Shown here: positions 1 to 12,845 of the stretch, piece after piece | How positions within the stretch are numbered: the stretch's first letter is position 1 | Layout of the letters: every line of letters starts with the position of its first letter | Origin: Intoshia linei | Taxonomy: Eukaryota; Animalia; Orthonectida | Assembly (NCBI GenBank): GCA_001642005.1 | Contig: LWCA01000053.1 | Span: 2,439 to 66,438 of the forward strand | DNA: 64,000 nt | Reading direction: 5' to 3' | Notes under the pieces: generated by a model | Databases searched by the model: none | The model's input: the letters and a program-made list of their open reading frames with translations, nothing else | What the model was told of the DNA's origin: nothing | Translations under genes and position numbers: made by a program

Positions 1-422
1 CTTAGTTTGAAAAAAAGTGCATTGAACGTCTAAACATTACCAATAAAGAGATATGGGTGGAAATCTTATAAATTCATTCTTTCGGATTTTTTTTCATTGC
101 TACGCAATTTATCATTTTCAAACACTCATTTTGAAAATTTTTATTTAAGTTTCAGGAGTTTTTTTGACTTTAGCACTGTTAATTTCTCAAATAAACGGTA
201 ATACATACATAATATTTTATTACTTTGTCTATAACGGTGTCCACAGCGAAAAAGGGTTGAGAATGGCTGATATAAAACATAATACAGATCGTATATTGAG
301 CATTATTTATTTTTTTATTTTGTTGTTAAATCATAAAAACTACAAAAAATTAACGGAATTTGTTTATTTGAGAAAAATATATAGTCCGTTAGTCATGAAT
401 TAGTATATATTTAAATATTTAG

Positions 423-1980
423 AAATTATTGCATATGGTTGTTTCTGTAATTCTATGCAAAGATTATTGATAAATTTTCCACAATCAAATCATATAAATG
501 AAGAATTAAATAATTTTCAAAACATTTTTGATGTAAATTTTTTATTTTACATTATAATTAACAATTTAGATTATAGATAATGAATTGAAACAATTTTTGG
601 ACCAAGAAGATAATTCCATGAGATTATATTTCTCATATCGTTGGTTTTTATTGGATTTTAAAAGAGGTACATTAGATTTCAGATTTTTTATTATAAATTC
701 GCATTACGCAGTCATTTGAAAATAATAAGAACCTTGTGTATACAACCATTATGTAACATACATGTAATAGATATAATGCCTGTAAGTTTTTTTATAGTTT
801 TTTTATTTTAATGTTTATAAAGTGCTAATTTTGATATCTATTTGTAGTATAGTAGACGCTCGAAAAGTAACCACCTCGCACGGGTGACAACTTTTTTAGA
901 TTCTTGACAAAAAAATACTAATTTAAATAAATTTTACTCCTAATAGTGAATATCAAATAGAGACAACCCCACCCAAAAAATCTCATTTTCCCAAATTTTT
1001 TTATTTAAAAACATTATATTTTTCCATGTCATTGAACTTTTTTGTCTCAAAAATAAACGGTAAAGTCCAAAACTTTGGAGATTTATAGGCCTATTTTTGA
1101 TTTACAAGAAGTCTCGAGAGTAGTAAGTTTGGCTCTGAAGTCAATGGTTGAATAAATTTAAATTCTTATAAACAAATGAATATAAATGTTAATATTACAT
1201 ATAACAGCGTATTTTTAATATATTTTGAATGTCGTCTAATAAATAATATTCTTAGATTAATTTATCGGCATATATTTGGTTCGTTTTATATATTGTTAAA
1301 TATGAAGTAATTAATTTCATTAATACTGTAACTAGTACTATTGTAATTTTAACCTTACCAGTTTAAAAAGTGACCAGTTGCCCAAAAAAGTGGTCAGTTT
1401 TCTAGATTTTACTGTATTTATATCTTGAAACCTTTCAAATCTAAATTTTAGATTGTTAAGCTAAAATATTTGTTATAATTTTAAAATTAATTGTGACCTT
1501 AATTAATTAAATAATTAAAAATATTAAGTTCAAATGTAATATACAATGATATAATATTTATATTAATTAATTTTGATAAGTGACACAATTTTCAATATTT
1601 CAATAAATATGAATCTCAATTTAAATTTAACAATAAAACAAATAAAATTTATTTAACTTAATAATATAGAACTAAGCTATGAAGGAGTATTCAATGTTTG
1701 GGAAACAATTTGGTCTGCAGCGTGTATATGTACGCCCCATTTCACTCATTTTTTTGCATTATCTCTGGTTCAATATTACAGAGAAATTATTATTTATAAT
1801 CAAATGAACTATACCGATTTAATAAAATTTTTTAATGGTAGTAATTACTTTATTATTGGATAAAAATTTTTAGAAATGGCTGAAAAACATGATTATATAG
1901 CTATTCTTAACTTGGCAAAAGAACACGTAAGAAAAATTTGTGAACTATACGAAAATGAATGTGAATCTGCTCAAGAATAA
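423..1980 (+). CDS. SGSM1: SGSM1/2 (RUTBC)-type TBC-domain Rab GAP, last four exons; 5' part upstream of window
   Basis: Exons ~423-532, 570-666, 1670-1837, 1874-1980 splice to [18 protein letters not shown]...[30 protein letters not shown]...DLIKFFNEMAEKH..., matching the SGSM C-terminus ([23 protein letters not shown]). GT-AG introns. Confidence 0.9.
850..1414. mobile_element. Tc1/pogo-type MITE in SGSM intron
   Basis: TA-flanked imperfect TIRs: left (t)agtagacgctcgaaaagtaaccac versus reverse complement of right end cagtaaaatctagaaaactgaccac. Confidence 0.55.
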
Positions 1981-2201
1981 AAAGAAATTGCGTGATTGAA
2001 TATATTTTAATGAAACAATTATGCCAATTGTTATAAATTGTAAATAACATTAAATTTTGTTATTCACCCAACCTACAAACTTGATATTGAGCGTAATGAA
2101 TTGATATGATTGCTTTTATGAATTAAATTAAATGTGCAATTAGTATTGGAATTAAAATATTCCAATAACCTTATAACCTCATATATATTATATAAAAAAT
2201 A

Positions 2202-2793
2202 ATGGAAAGTAGCAAAAATATCACGTATCATGTTCCCACCATTCCCGACAAAGAACGAACGCTAGATAAAAAAGAAAAAGGGTTTATTTTGGACGGAGTG
2301 GCTATCGATAATGTCTGCAAATCGTATTTTAATGTAAACCCAAAATTAGGAAATGCCATTCCACCTTACAATTCCCAAAAGGATCACTTTTGTAAAACGT
2401 ACTTTGATTCAAGTACAGTTAAAAGAGTCCTAACACAAAATGATCAGGTTCATGCTAAAATAAATTAAATTTTAATAATTAGAATGAAAATTTGGGTAAC
2501 TCAATTGAGGGCCCAATGGAAGATCGATTTTCGACTAGCGGTCCAGGTTTTAAATATTTCAGCACCAGAAATAAAAATGGCTGTGGTATGTCAATTTTAA
2601 TTGACTTTAATTGACAAAACTAGGTAGATCTACAGATGTGTATAAAGGACATATTGGTCAATTCATCAAAAAGGATCAGGCACTGAGTTATAATGGAGAA
2701 TTAGGCTATAGAAGAAATTTACCTCATCTTAGAGAAAAATTATCTTGTTTTGACAATCATAATCCTCATGATGAAAAAATTTACAGATACTGA
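2202..2793 (+). CDS. C17orf98: C17orf98/SPMAP1-like (DUF4542) ciliary/sperm microtubule-associated protein, 3 exons
   Basis: EKGFILDGVA...PKLGNAIPPYNSQKDHFCKTYF and C-terminal YNGELGYRRNLPHLR match the family. Exons 2202-2447, 2483-2585, 2624-2793. Confidence 0.8.
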
Positions 2794-3029
2794 TACCAAA
2801 TTAATGCTTTCAATTAAAAATTTATTAATGTAAATGTTTATTGTTGGTAGTTTCGCCCATTTTGATGAATAAAAATTGTATATATGATTTGATAAATATT
2901 TGCCATTTGTTTTGTCATGTTCAGATTAGTGGTGGTTTTCATTTAGTTGTTTTCAATAGTTAATTCTAATTAATGACATTTATATGTGTTTCGTTTTCTT
3001 GTTGGGTATGTTCATCATTTGTAACTTGT

Positions 3030-6000
3030 TTATTTTGAAAACCGGACGAAGCTAGTATAGACTACATTAGAAATTAAAATGTTTATTACCCCAATTTTCT
3101 TTAAAATTCAAATTATGTTTATGTCTAATCATGTGAAATTTATACAGTTTTGTTATATAGTCCCTAACACTCCATTGTACAAGAAAGGAATGAGATAGTA
3201 TTGCATTGCACGACATTCTTTTATCCGGATTAAAACACAAAATGTGCTAAATGTTTACGTTATTATTTTTAAATTAAAATTTACCGGTATTAAATTCATC
3301 AAATCTGGTTCTCTTATATTTATGTAACTATTAATACCATCACACGTTATATTACTAAATGTGTTTATGGATATTGAAGACGATTTCGGCCAATTTTCAA
3401 TTTCTGGATATCCAATCTTCCTAATTTAATTTTATTAAGTTCTTATAATAAGCAGAGATAGCTACCGCTTGTACAAAATACTTAAATGACAAGCTGGTAT
3501 ATCCTTTACTTATAAAAAATTGACAGTCGTAGAATCTAAAAAATCCAAATTTCTACTACAGTTTTTCCCAGAGCGTGTTTATATCTTTTTTTAGTTTCAG
3601 AATTTGAGTTCTTCAGGTTCACAAATCCAATTTGCCCTTTGATAGTTTTTAAAATCATAACCATTATAATAAATCGCAACATCATAAAAGTTCATTTTCA
3701 TGACCAAAACCACAGATTGCATTTTTTTTAAATTTAAATAGTCACAAAATTTAAAAAAAATTTCAATTTCATAAATTGACGCCTTCACGGTAAAAAAAGC
3801 ACTTTAGTATTCATTTTTTTTATTTCGAAACTTTTTTAGTTAATTTGACAAAAAATTTTAAATAATAATTTAAATTGTGAAATCGTCACTTATTCGGATT
3901 GAAATTTTTTATGTGTGTTAACAGGATACAACTGTACCTACCTGTAAATTTTTTGAAATTCTAGGGCTGTTTTCATAAAAAAAGAAGGGTAATAGTAAAT
4001 TTTTGGAAATTCTAGGGCTGTTTTCAAAAAAATCGTTATAAATCATACTTTAATATAGTTGACCTCCTAGTTACTAGGGTCTAATATACAAACAATTGTA
4101 AATTTATGATTGTTCTTTTTTGGATATATACATGTTATTGTCGCGTAATAGTTAATAACTTTTAATTTAATTATTCACAATTAATCCAAATTTCAAGAAT
4201 ATATAAATTAAATATCAAATACTAAATCAAATTAATGTTAACGATTCTAATTTAATTTTAAAATTTTACTTAAATCTGGAGGCTTCTTCTCATAATCTTC
4301 TTAATTCTTCTCAGACTCTGTAGACCCCATGGTGGGGCCAAGCCCCCCATTTGGGAAACACTGAACTAAGGCATCCATAAAAAATTTTCCTCCTAGGAAC
4401 TCCGAGTCCGATGTTACCAAAATTTTCATTTTGGGAACATTAAAGGTTTCTCAACACAAATGAAAGTGAAAATGTATTATTCATAAATGTAGATTAAATT
4501 CTTAGTAAATGATTCTTATTTTTTTACAGAATTAACAACTCATTGGAGTTTTTGAATGTTATATATGATTAATTGCATCATATCTTATTAATCAGGTAAA
4601 AATTTCGAACATGTTGGTTTATTCTTCCCTCCAGATTGATTTCTTTTTAGCTAGCACAATGATACATTTATTTATGATAATGATGTTTCATCAACATCGT
4701 TATAATTCCACGTCGCTCTAAGACGTTTCGATCATAAAAATTAATCATATGTACTCTTTTTTGTCTGATCAAAGAGCTTTTTAATATAAGGTAATTTTGA
4801 GGATTACCTTTTATCAGGTTATATTTTGATATTTTTCATCGATGTCGTTTATAAGAATGAAAATTGCTCAGAAATGTGAATATAAAACCTGCAAATCATG
4901 TAAAAGTAAATTATTTGGTATTAAATTAAATGACCCATAATTGTAAAAACTTACTGAAAAACCTCCATTATTCCATTTTGGGAACATTGGTTTTTATTGT
5001 ACAGTATTATATTAATTCAATCACACCATTATAGTTATTTATATTATTTTGCAATTACAATTTGTACAGTATTCTAAATTTGATGGAAAATAATTTATGA
5101 CAGAAGTTTCTAGTCATAAAACAAGCTTTAAATTTCAAATTGAAAATGGGACAAAAAATCAGTCAATATTCATGGTTCTCTGAAACATCAACCATAAAAT
5201 AGAAAATATTAATTTGGGATTATAGACAATAAAATATGTAGTAACCAATTAATAATGTACTATAAACAATAACTGAAAAACTTGTTCCATTTTGGGATCA
5301 TTGGCGAGATAAAGGGTAACCTTTATTACCATTTTATTACCCAATATTATCTTATTTTTACTAATAATAAAAAATTATCAAAATATTCTTTATTCCAGAA
5401 AGCTGACCAATTTTCATTTTTCATAGACTGTGTTTGAATACACATGATATGTCAGTGGTTTCAACCTTTTTGTGTTCGCGACCCCCTTATAAACATAAAA
5501 AATTTTCGCGACCCAAAAATTTTCTAAATACTGCAAACACAAAATATTAAAAAATCATATTCAGTTTTATTTATATTTTATACTATGCTCACTGAGCACT
5601 ATTCAGTACAATGTATTATTATTATACAATATGTAATAACTAAGTTTATTTTCTTCATATGAAATTTAAGGTTCCATTTTAGATACAATTATTGATATTC
5701 TGAGCAATGTATGCGGTAAGGCGAGCCTCATATCATCCTTAACATTCAATCTGTTTATTGACTTTGTTTTTATATGAACAAGCGTATACAATCCTGCTTC
5801 ACACAGATAAGTTGACTGTAAAAATAGTAGCAATCTCAAAGCAATCGTAAATACATTTGAATATGAATCAATCATATTACACCAAAAATTACTTAGTGGT
5901 GTTTCATCATAGAAAATATTACGTGCAGTGGAATCATTTATTAAATCTATTACTTCATCCTTTATTTTATCGGGAATACATGTAGTTTATATTAAGTGAA

Positions 6001-7864
6001 GAAGAACATTTAAAATTGTAATACAAAATGTAAAAATATTTACTTAACATTATTATTGTCAATATTATATATTTAAATAAAAAAATATATTCATAAAATT
6101 TTCAAATTTTCACGACCCCCCCTAGCGGTCGCGACTCCCCGGTTAAAAACCACTGTGATATGTAATGTTAACGAATATGATTACTTGATAATATCTTTCA
6201 TTATGTCAAGTTCATTTCTTCCTTTGAATAATTTTCTAATATATTTTAATACAATTTTATGTTAATAATATTTTTATTATTTATTTATTTTAAAACTCAT
6301 CGTATAATAAAAAATGAAATTACTTTCCATTGATTAATTCAATTAATATACAACCAATACTCCAAATGTCAACTTTTTCATTGTAATTAGGTGTCAAAAA
6401 TATTTCAGGAGCTCTATATTCCAGTGTCACTATCTATATAATAATTCAAAAACATATTACATATGTATTAGTTTTTGTATGTTATTAATAATAATATTAA
6501 TAACAGCTAAAATTATTAACAGTTCGCAACAGCTATTGTGCTAGGTGAAAAATGTAACCTTTCCCAATTGAATTCAAACTTTCTACCCCTTTACATCTCT
6601 TGATATGGTCTATATATCAACAGCACAAGTTGTTCTAGGCTATCAAATTGCTTACTTCGTGGTAGGGTAAAATCTTTTATTATATTAAATGAAGCATAAG
6701 TTTAGTGTTATAAAATGCCGAAATAATATCATCAATTCTTTTTATTTATTAATTTAACCCTTTTAAACTAATAAATTAAATTTTAAATTAAAATAAAATT
6801 GAAAATAGAGTTAGATTATAAAAAAAATGCGTATTAAGATAAAATCAAATAGTACGATAGAGATATTGAAGTGCGTATTTATATTTTACAATAATTGTAT
6901 TACAATATTTGTGCTGTCTTTTTTAACTCAAATAATATCCGTTTTTTTTAAAATGAAATTTATATTGAGTATTAAAGATTTTATTTTTTCTAGCATACTA
7001 GCTGTCGCTGACTGTAAATAACAATTTTTGCAGTGCTTTAGAAGTTTATTAAAATTCACCATTCTTGATAATATACTGTTGGGAGTTGTAACAACTTTTG
7101 ATAGTCCAAAATCTGTGATTTTAACAATCAGGTCATTATACCGAATTAAAATATTGTGGCTTTTAATGTCTCTGTGAATAATATCATTTTGATGTAAACA
7201 TTTAACTCCTTCTAATATTTGCACTGTAATAATCTAAATTGAATATAATTATTTTCAATTAAAGTATTTAACCTAATGTATTTATAATTTTTATAATCTG
7301 AAATTATTTTAATAATATTTAGATTATAAGCATAGTTTTATAAAAATCCTTACTTTTATAAAGTATCCAACCATATTTCTCAAAATTTTGAATTAAAATT
7401 AAAAAAGTGCCCTCGGCTGAGCTAAGGTACTGTTTGTACGAAGTACACAACAGTCAAGCTACTCGTCTTATCAAATATAAAAATTTCTAAATTACTCGAA
7501 TAGTTTCAAAGGATAAAGGATACGCAAATTTAATATAATTTGATAAATCACTATCCATATAATCTAAAACTAGAACTATCCTTTGTTTATGGTTATATCT
7601 TTCATCCAATACTTCATATAAACTAAATGAATTTTTAATCTTAAATAGTTGAATAATAATAAGAAATAATGACTTGACAATGTTTGGATGCCTCAGACTT
7701 TGAAGTTTTATTAAAATATCAATCTCTCGATATCCAAAATTTTTAAAATGTTTATTCTTAATCAATATTTTTAATGCAAAAATATTTTGATCGGAGTTTT
7801 TCGCTTTATATACTGTTCCAAACGACCCTTCTCCAATTTTCTTTAATAGGCAATAATCTCGCAT
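3030..7864 (-). CDS. Divergent cyclin-dependent kinase, most similar to CDK4/6; about 9 exons
   Basis: Spliced motifs: IGEGSFGTVYKA, REIDILIKLQSLRHPNIV, HRDIKSHNIL, DFG, IVTLEYRAPE (6433-6324), DIWSIGCI, LFKGRNELD (6236-6185), KIGYPEIENWP (3421-3285), LCFNPDKRMS (3246-3147). Last two small exons and the stop at 3030 are less certain. Confidence 0.85.
3640..4030. repeat. Copy of abundant dispersed repeat family (Helitron-like; see 45811-46430)
   Basis: Shares gacgccttcacggt(c)aaaaaagcactttagtattca, and (reverse) aaaacagccctagaatt and cagttgtatcctgttaacaca, with copies near 27150-27470, 31730-32490 and 45811-46430. Confidence 0.7.
4420..5319. mobile_element. piggyBac-like (PGBD3/MER85-type) relic in CDK intron
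   Basis: Three copies of an imperfect palindrome NTTCCATTTTGGGAWC (4423, 4970, 5284) and a terminal aaagggtaa at 5311-5319 resembling a decayed AGGG-TTAA end. No intact ORF. Confidence 0.4.
5453..6155 (-). mobile_element. Internally deleted hAT (Charlie/Buster, ZBED5/8-like) element
   Basis: TIRs cagtggtttcaacc...ggttaaaaaccactg; perfect 8-bp TSD TGATATGT (5445-5452 and 6156-6163); internal ORF 5666-5875 STYLCEAG...IKTKSINRLNVKDDMRLAL is the hAT C-terminal dimerisation region. Confidence 0.9.
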
Positions 7865-8027
7865 GTTTGTTATTGTTAGATTGTTGTATCGATTTAAAAT
7901 TTTGAATGTTTAGAATTTAAAAAGTTTAATGCTGGTATTTAACACATCTAATTAAAAAATTTTAAATAATTTCATAATTTTTAGAAAACAAAACTGGTAT
8001 ATATTTTAATTAACGTAAACAAGTTTT

Positions 8028-8525
8028 TTATGAATAATAATTGTATTCCTGGTGCATATGTCGTTCGTCGCCAAATTCGTCTATGGTATAATTTATCGTT
8101 GATAAAGTTTCCAATAAAGAGATTGATTCATTTCTTATTTGACGTATGTTTTTAAGTTTCATTCGACTGTAAAAATAATAAAAAATAAATATTTTTATAC
8201 AGTACAATTAAACAAAAAACAATGTAATTTAATGTCGAAAATCAAGAGAATCAAGATAAAGTAATTGATATAAATTTTTTCTGGTAAAAATATACATTTT
8301 ATTTATTTATTTTGAAATTATTTAATTTAAGTTATAAATATTTTTAAATTAATGTAGCTTTATTATAATGCATATTATTGCAATTTAATGATTACATTAT
8401 CAATGAATTTTGATCAACAATAAATTCAAAAGAACTATAATTTCTGCGTGGATCAGTTTCGTACATTAGGGCATGCTTTACCATTTCAACATCTCGCGCA
8501 TTTTTGTAATCAACTTTGATTTCAC
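8028..8525 (-). CDS. LAGE3: KEOPS/EKC subunit Pcc1 (LAGE3/CTAG family); start exon unresolved (upstream of 8525)
   Basis: Exons 8525-8396 and 8166-8028 give EIKVDYKNARDVEMVKHALMYETDPRR...FIVDQNSLIIRMKLKNIRQIRNESISLLETLSTINYTIDEFG, the Pcc1 pattern. Confidence 0.7.
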
Positions 8526-9102
8526 TATAAATAATAATAATAGTATTGATAAAAGATATGTAATCGCACAACGTAAAATTTACATAGTTTATTAATCTGG
8601 GCAATTTCACATTTTTTGATAATATATAACAAAAAACAAGCACATATGCAGAAAACAAATTAGCCAATACCTCTCTAACTCTACGATAAAAATTAAGTTG
8701 ATAAATTTTATTTTTATAATAAATTAATTTATGCATAATCGGGACGAGAACTAGTATAAATCAATATTCCCATGAGGAATAATAAAAATGGAGCTTAATT
8801 TTATTGAGGAAGTGGCTCTATAAATTTAATTTGAGCACATAATACAAAATATAAACTCAGTGTTAGACACATGGTGGATAGTATTGTAGATTTTAATATT
8901 AATCATTAATTACATCTATAATACGCCTCGAACTAAATGAGTTTGAATTCATCCAGTTTATATATATTTTATGAAATTAAATATCCTGAATTTAAATTAC
9001 CAGTGATTCATAGTTAAAAATAATTTCCGAATCTAATTATACAACTTTATTGGTGTCCAAGTTGATTCCGTTAGCAAATAAATTTTCTTTTAAAAATCCT
9101 TA

Positions 9103-12100
9103 ATGGGAAATATCGTTTGTGTTGGACCAGTTCATTATTTTTAATTTATATACATTTATTTTTAGAATACATGTGCTGTAATCTCAGGTTATATTAATAC
9201 CCACAATACGTATATTATTATATAGTATATATCTACAGTTATATGTTTATGATTGACCGTATTTATATATTTGTCTTACATCAATTCACCACTAAATAAA
9301 GATAAATGTTTACATATACTTTATAAGATTTTTCCAAAAAATTAATTATAATCTATTTTAAACTTATGGTTTCGTCATTAAATCCCATGAATTGAATAAT
9401 GTATTTATGTGTATACGATTAGTAATTATTATTAACCTCGAAATTTAAAAAAATAACGATTTGTCGAATATACACCTCTGTATTATAATTTATAATAATG
9501 TTTTAACCTTAGAACTATCATCGGTCGTGATTTTAACCACCAAATTTTGTTAAAAGACTAATTTTAAATAAAGTATAAATAAAATAAGACTAACCAAATA
9601 AAGTATTTATTGATTCATCTTTAAAAATTTTAAAATGCAGAATATTATATTATTTGTAAAATTGGTTTATAAAACAAATTTTCAAATCTACTGTGTTTAT
9701 TTTATTGTGGAAACTCATTCCGTGAAACACTGCAATAGACATTCAGGTCGCCTCGTTTGACTATTATTAGTATATTTGGAGCATACAATATTTTAAAACA
9801 ATTATAAATTCTATAATAGCAAAGTGCAATCGTAATTTTATTTGTTTATAATCTTTTCGGCTTGTATTTTAATTTTAAGGTTAAAATCTTCATAATTATA
9901 ACCCTTGTAGTCTTTGAAATATAATGTCATTTTTGATTATTTGATCATTGTTTGACTTGCAAGTTGTAAATTAATTTTATTTAAAACCCAAGGTCAATTT
10001 CAGAAACCAACCCAAAGTTAATTTATTTTATAGGAAATACTTTATAATTAATGTGATTTTGTTTATTTTTTATTAAGCCCTATGGACCCACGGTCCATAC
10101 CAGGCGTTATTTTATTGAATTTTTACTACACATCAATTTGAAAAAAATCCCTTAATATACTTTTCCATAGTTACGTGAGGCTTATAATTTTGTTCAAAAA
10201 TTTTATTGTATCATCTCTGTTCTTGATTCTTAGAATTGTATTAAAATGTCGAAATAATTAATTTTTTAACAAATTAAATTAAATGTAAATTTCCAAACAT
10301 AATATAAAAATATTTTTGTGTGTAATTTTTTTAGATCTACACGCTTAAAATAACCCCTAACTTTGGTGACCCTGCTGTAAACAAGACCCTTTTTTTAAAA
10401 AAATCAGACCTCTATCAATGCTTAATCGATCGTTCATAATCTATAAATTAAAAATAACCGTTGGAAATCGCAGTTTATCGAAATTTAGGTATATTTCAGA
10501 AATTTTCCAACATTACCTATTAATAAATTAAAACATAGGCCCTCATCATTTTAGATCCGGGGTTTATTTCCCTTATCCCCTCTCCACGACCCTGTCTTTA
10601 AAGGTATCCTTATTTCAATTAATAAAAAAAAAGTATGCTAATTATGTTTTTACTGTACACTTTTATACTTATTCCATATGAATGATTTTCCATTTGAACA
10701 TTTATACAATGAAAAGTGAAGTGGATTTGATTGTAATAGTGAATAAAATATAAATGTATATTATTTTTAATTTTGTTAGGTAAATTTGATTTTAGGAGGA
10801 TTGTGTTTATCCGGAAGAAAAATATTAGTTGGAAAAATGGGATGGGCTTGGTGGGTTGTGAGCGACGTTTCAAGGTTACTATAAAAATTTATAAAACATA
10901 ATATCAATTTAATGTAGACTATCGTTGGAAATAATGACAACACGCCCTAGTTGCAACGACGTAGAAACATTAGAAGGGGTACGTGTCTCAATATCATCCG
11001 TTTGTCAAATCCGGGTTATTAATAACAAAGAGTTGTTAGATTTGGCATTAGAACAACTTTTGGGTAAAACAAAGAATGAAATTATTGAAATGTTTGAAAA
11101 AACACTTGACGGTCATTTAAGGTCAATTTTGGGGACAATGAAGGTTGAAGAATTATATCGAGACCGCGAAGAATTTTCTAAAAGAGTCAGGGAAGTTGCT
11201 GCACCAGACGTAGCTCGAATGGGAATTGAAATACTTAGTTTTACCATCATCGACCTGATAGACCACGATGAGTATCTTGTTTCATTAGGCAGAACAAATG
11301 TGGCGATGGTTAAACAAATTGCTGATATTGGTGTAACTGAAGCCGATAAAGATTCAAAAATCAAGGTTAATAGCAATAATACAATTTAATATCTTAAAAA
11401 ACTTTACGGATTATAAATTACAAATCATAATATTAATAATGTAAGCATGTTTCAGCCATAGTATTCTTGACATTCAGTTTTGTGTCAATATTAAATTATC
11501 TATAAATAATTCTTTAATTCTAAGATTATTTAGATTGCTCAACTGGAAAAATATGAGAATGAAATAATATGTGTGTCAGACACTAAAAAGAAAGAATATA
11601 AAAGTGCATTTGACGAAATATCTGCCAATCTAAATGTTGACATTAAAAAATATGTAATATTAAAAATTGTCAAATTTTTAGTTTTAGGAAGCTGAAGCTA
11701 AATTAGCTGGAACTATAGAAAGTACCAAACAATACCAATTAATTAAAGAAGAAGAAATGAAAGCGGAATTACTAAAAAATCAAAAAAAGACTGAAATTGA
11801 AAATATTGAAATTGAACGTGTCAAACTATCTTTGGAATCTACAATTAATAAAAAAACTGAAATTGAAGCCGAGGTTTTTAAATTAAAAATTACTTTTAAT
11901 GGTGTTAAGCCTAATTTTATATTCAAATTTTATTTATTATAACTCATATAATTAAATCAAATTCTTATACACTTAAAAAAATTTTAGGTTATGAACTTGA
12001 TTGCAGAGAATGACAAGTAATATTAATATTGTTTATTTGAATTATGCTTATTAAGGGAATGTTATTTGTTCAAAACAAAAGGTGAGATTGAATCTGTTCG

Positions 12101-12577
12101 ATTGAAAGGACTCGCTAATGCTGATGCTGTAATTAGAACGTTATCATATTATAAATCATAAATATATAGCTCAAAATAATTGGAACGGCTGAAGCAGAAG
12201 CCATGCAAATCAAAGCTGTAGCTTTCAATCAGTATGGAAAAATGGCAATTTATGATATGATTCTGAAAAAGTTGCCTCTAGTATTTTACAAGTATTTTAA
12301 ATTTATGTACCCATTACCTTTAGATAATGTACAACATTACAAAACCGCTTACACGAACAAAGGATATAATAATGCTAAATGATAACAAATTATCAAGCCA
12401 AGTTACCAGTTTAATTAGTGGAATTCAGCCGTCAATAGACTCGTTGACAGGAATTGATTTATCAAGGGTAAATTAATAAATCGATACCCTTACGTCATTA
12501 TATTTATATTTAAGGTTATAAAAAAACTGACTGGTACATCTGAAGAAAATTCAAAATATGAAAAAATATCGAATTAA
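9103..12577 (+). CDS. FLOT2: Flotillin-2 (SPFH domain)
   Basis: Micro-exons 9103-9129 (MGNIVCVGP) and 9166-9187 (NTCAVISG), then GWAWWVVSDVSRLSLEIMT...VETLEGV...TLDGHLRSILGTMKVEELYRDRE...EVAAPDVARMGIEILSFTI, ending LTGIDLSRVIKKL...*. N-terminus is of the flotillin-2 type. Confidence 0.93.
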
Positions 12578-12845
12578 AACAGGTATTTCTTTCAATAGTT
12601 TATAAATCATTTCTAAATTTAGAAGAATGATTTATGATTTATAAATAAAGATAAAATAAAATTAAATTTAAAGTTTTAATATTAAAAAAATCTAGGACAA
12701 ATTATCATGAGTAGATAACAAAAAATTGATCAAAATACATATGTAGAGTACACTATACAATTTTATTTAATAGTGGCCGTTTGGCAAATGGATAAATTGA
12801 AAAAAATATATCAACCATTTTAAAGGGTTCACTGATATTAACAAA

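Noticed and set aside
3466-3537. AG/GT-bounded segment as an extra CDK exon
   Set aside because: The kinase alignment is continuous without it (…DIIK|KIGYP…).
10619-10873. 84-aa minus-strand ORF, and similar F/I/K/L/Y-rich short ORFs (164, 18360, 18933, 24009, 25025, 27608, 31338, 42252, 44895, 46701, 51066, 56673, 61856)
   Set aside because: Composition typical of chance ORFs in AT-rich intron or repeat DNA, or antisense to real exons; no motifs or supporting splice structure.
11113-11376. 87-aa minus-strand ORF
   Set aside because: Antisense shadow of the flotillin-2 exon.
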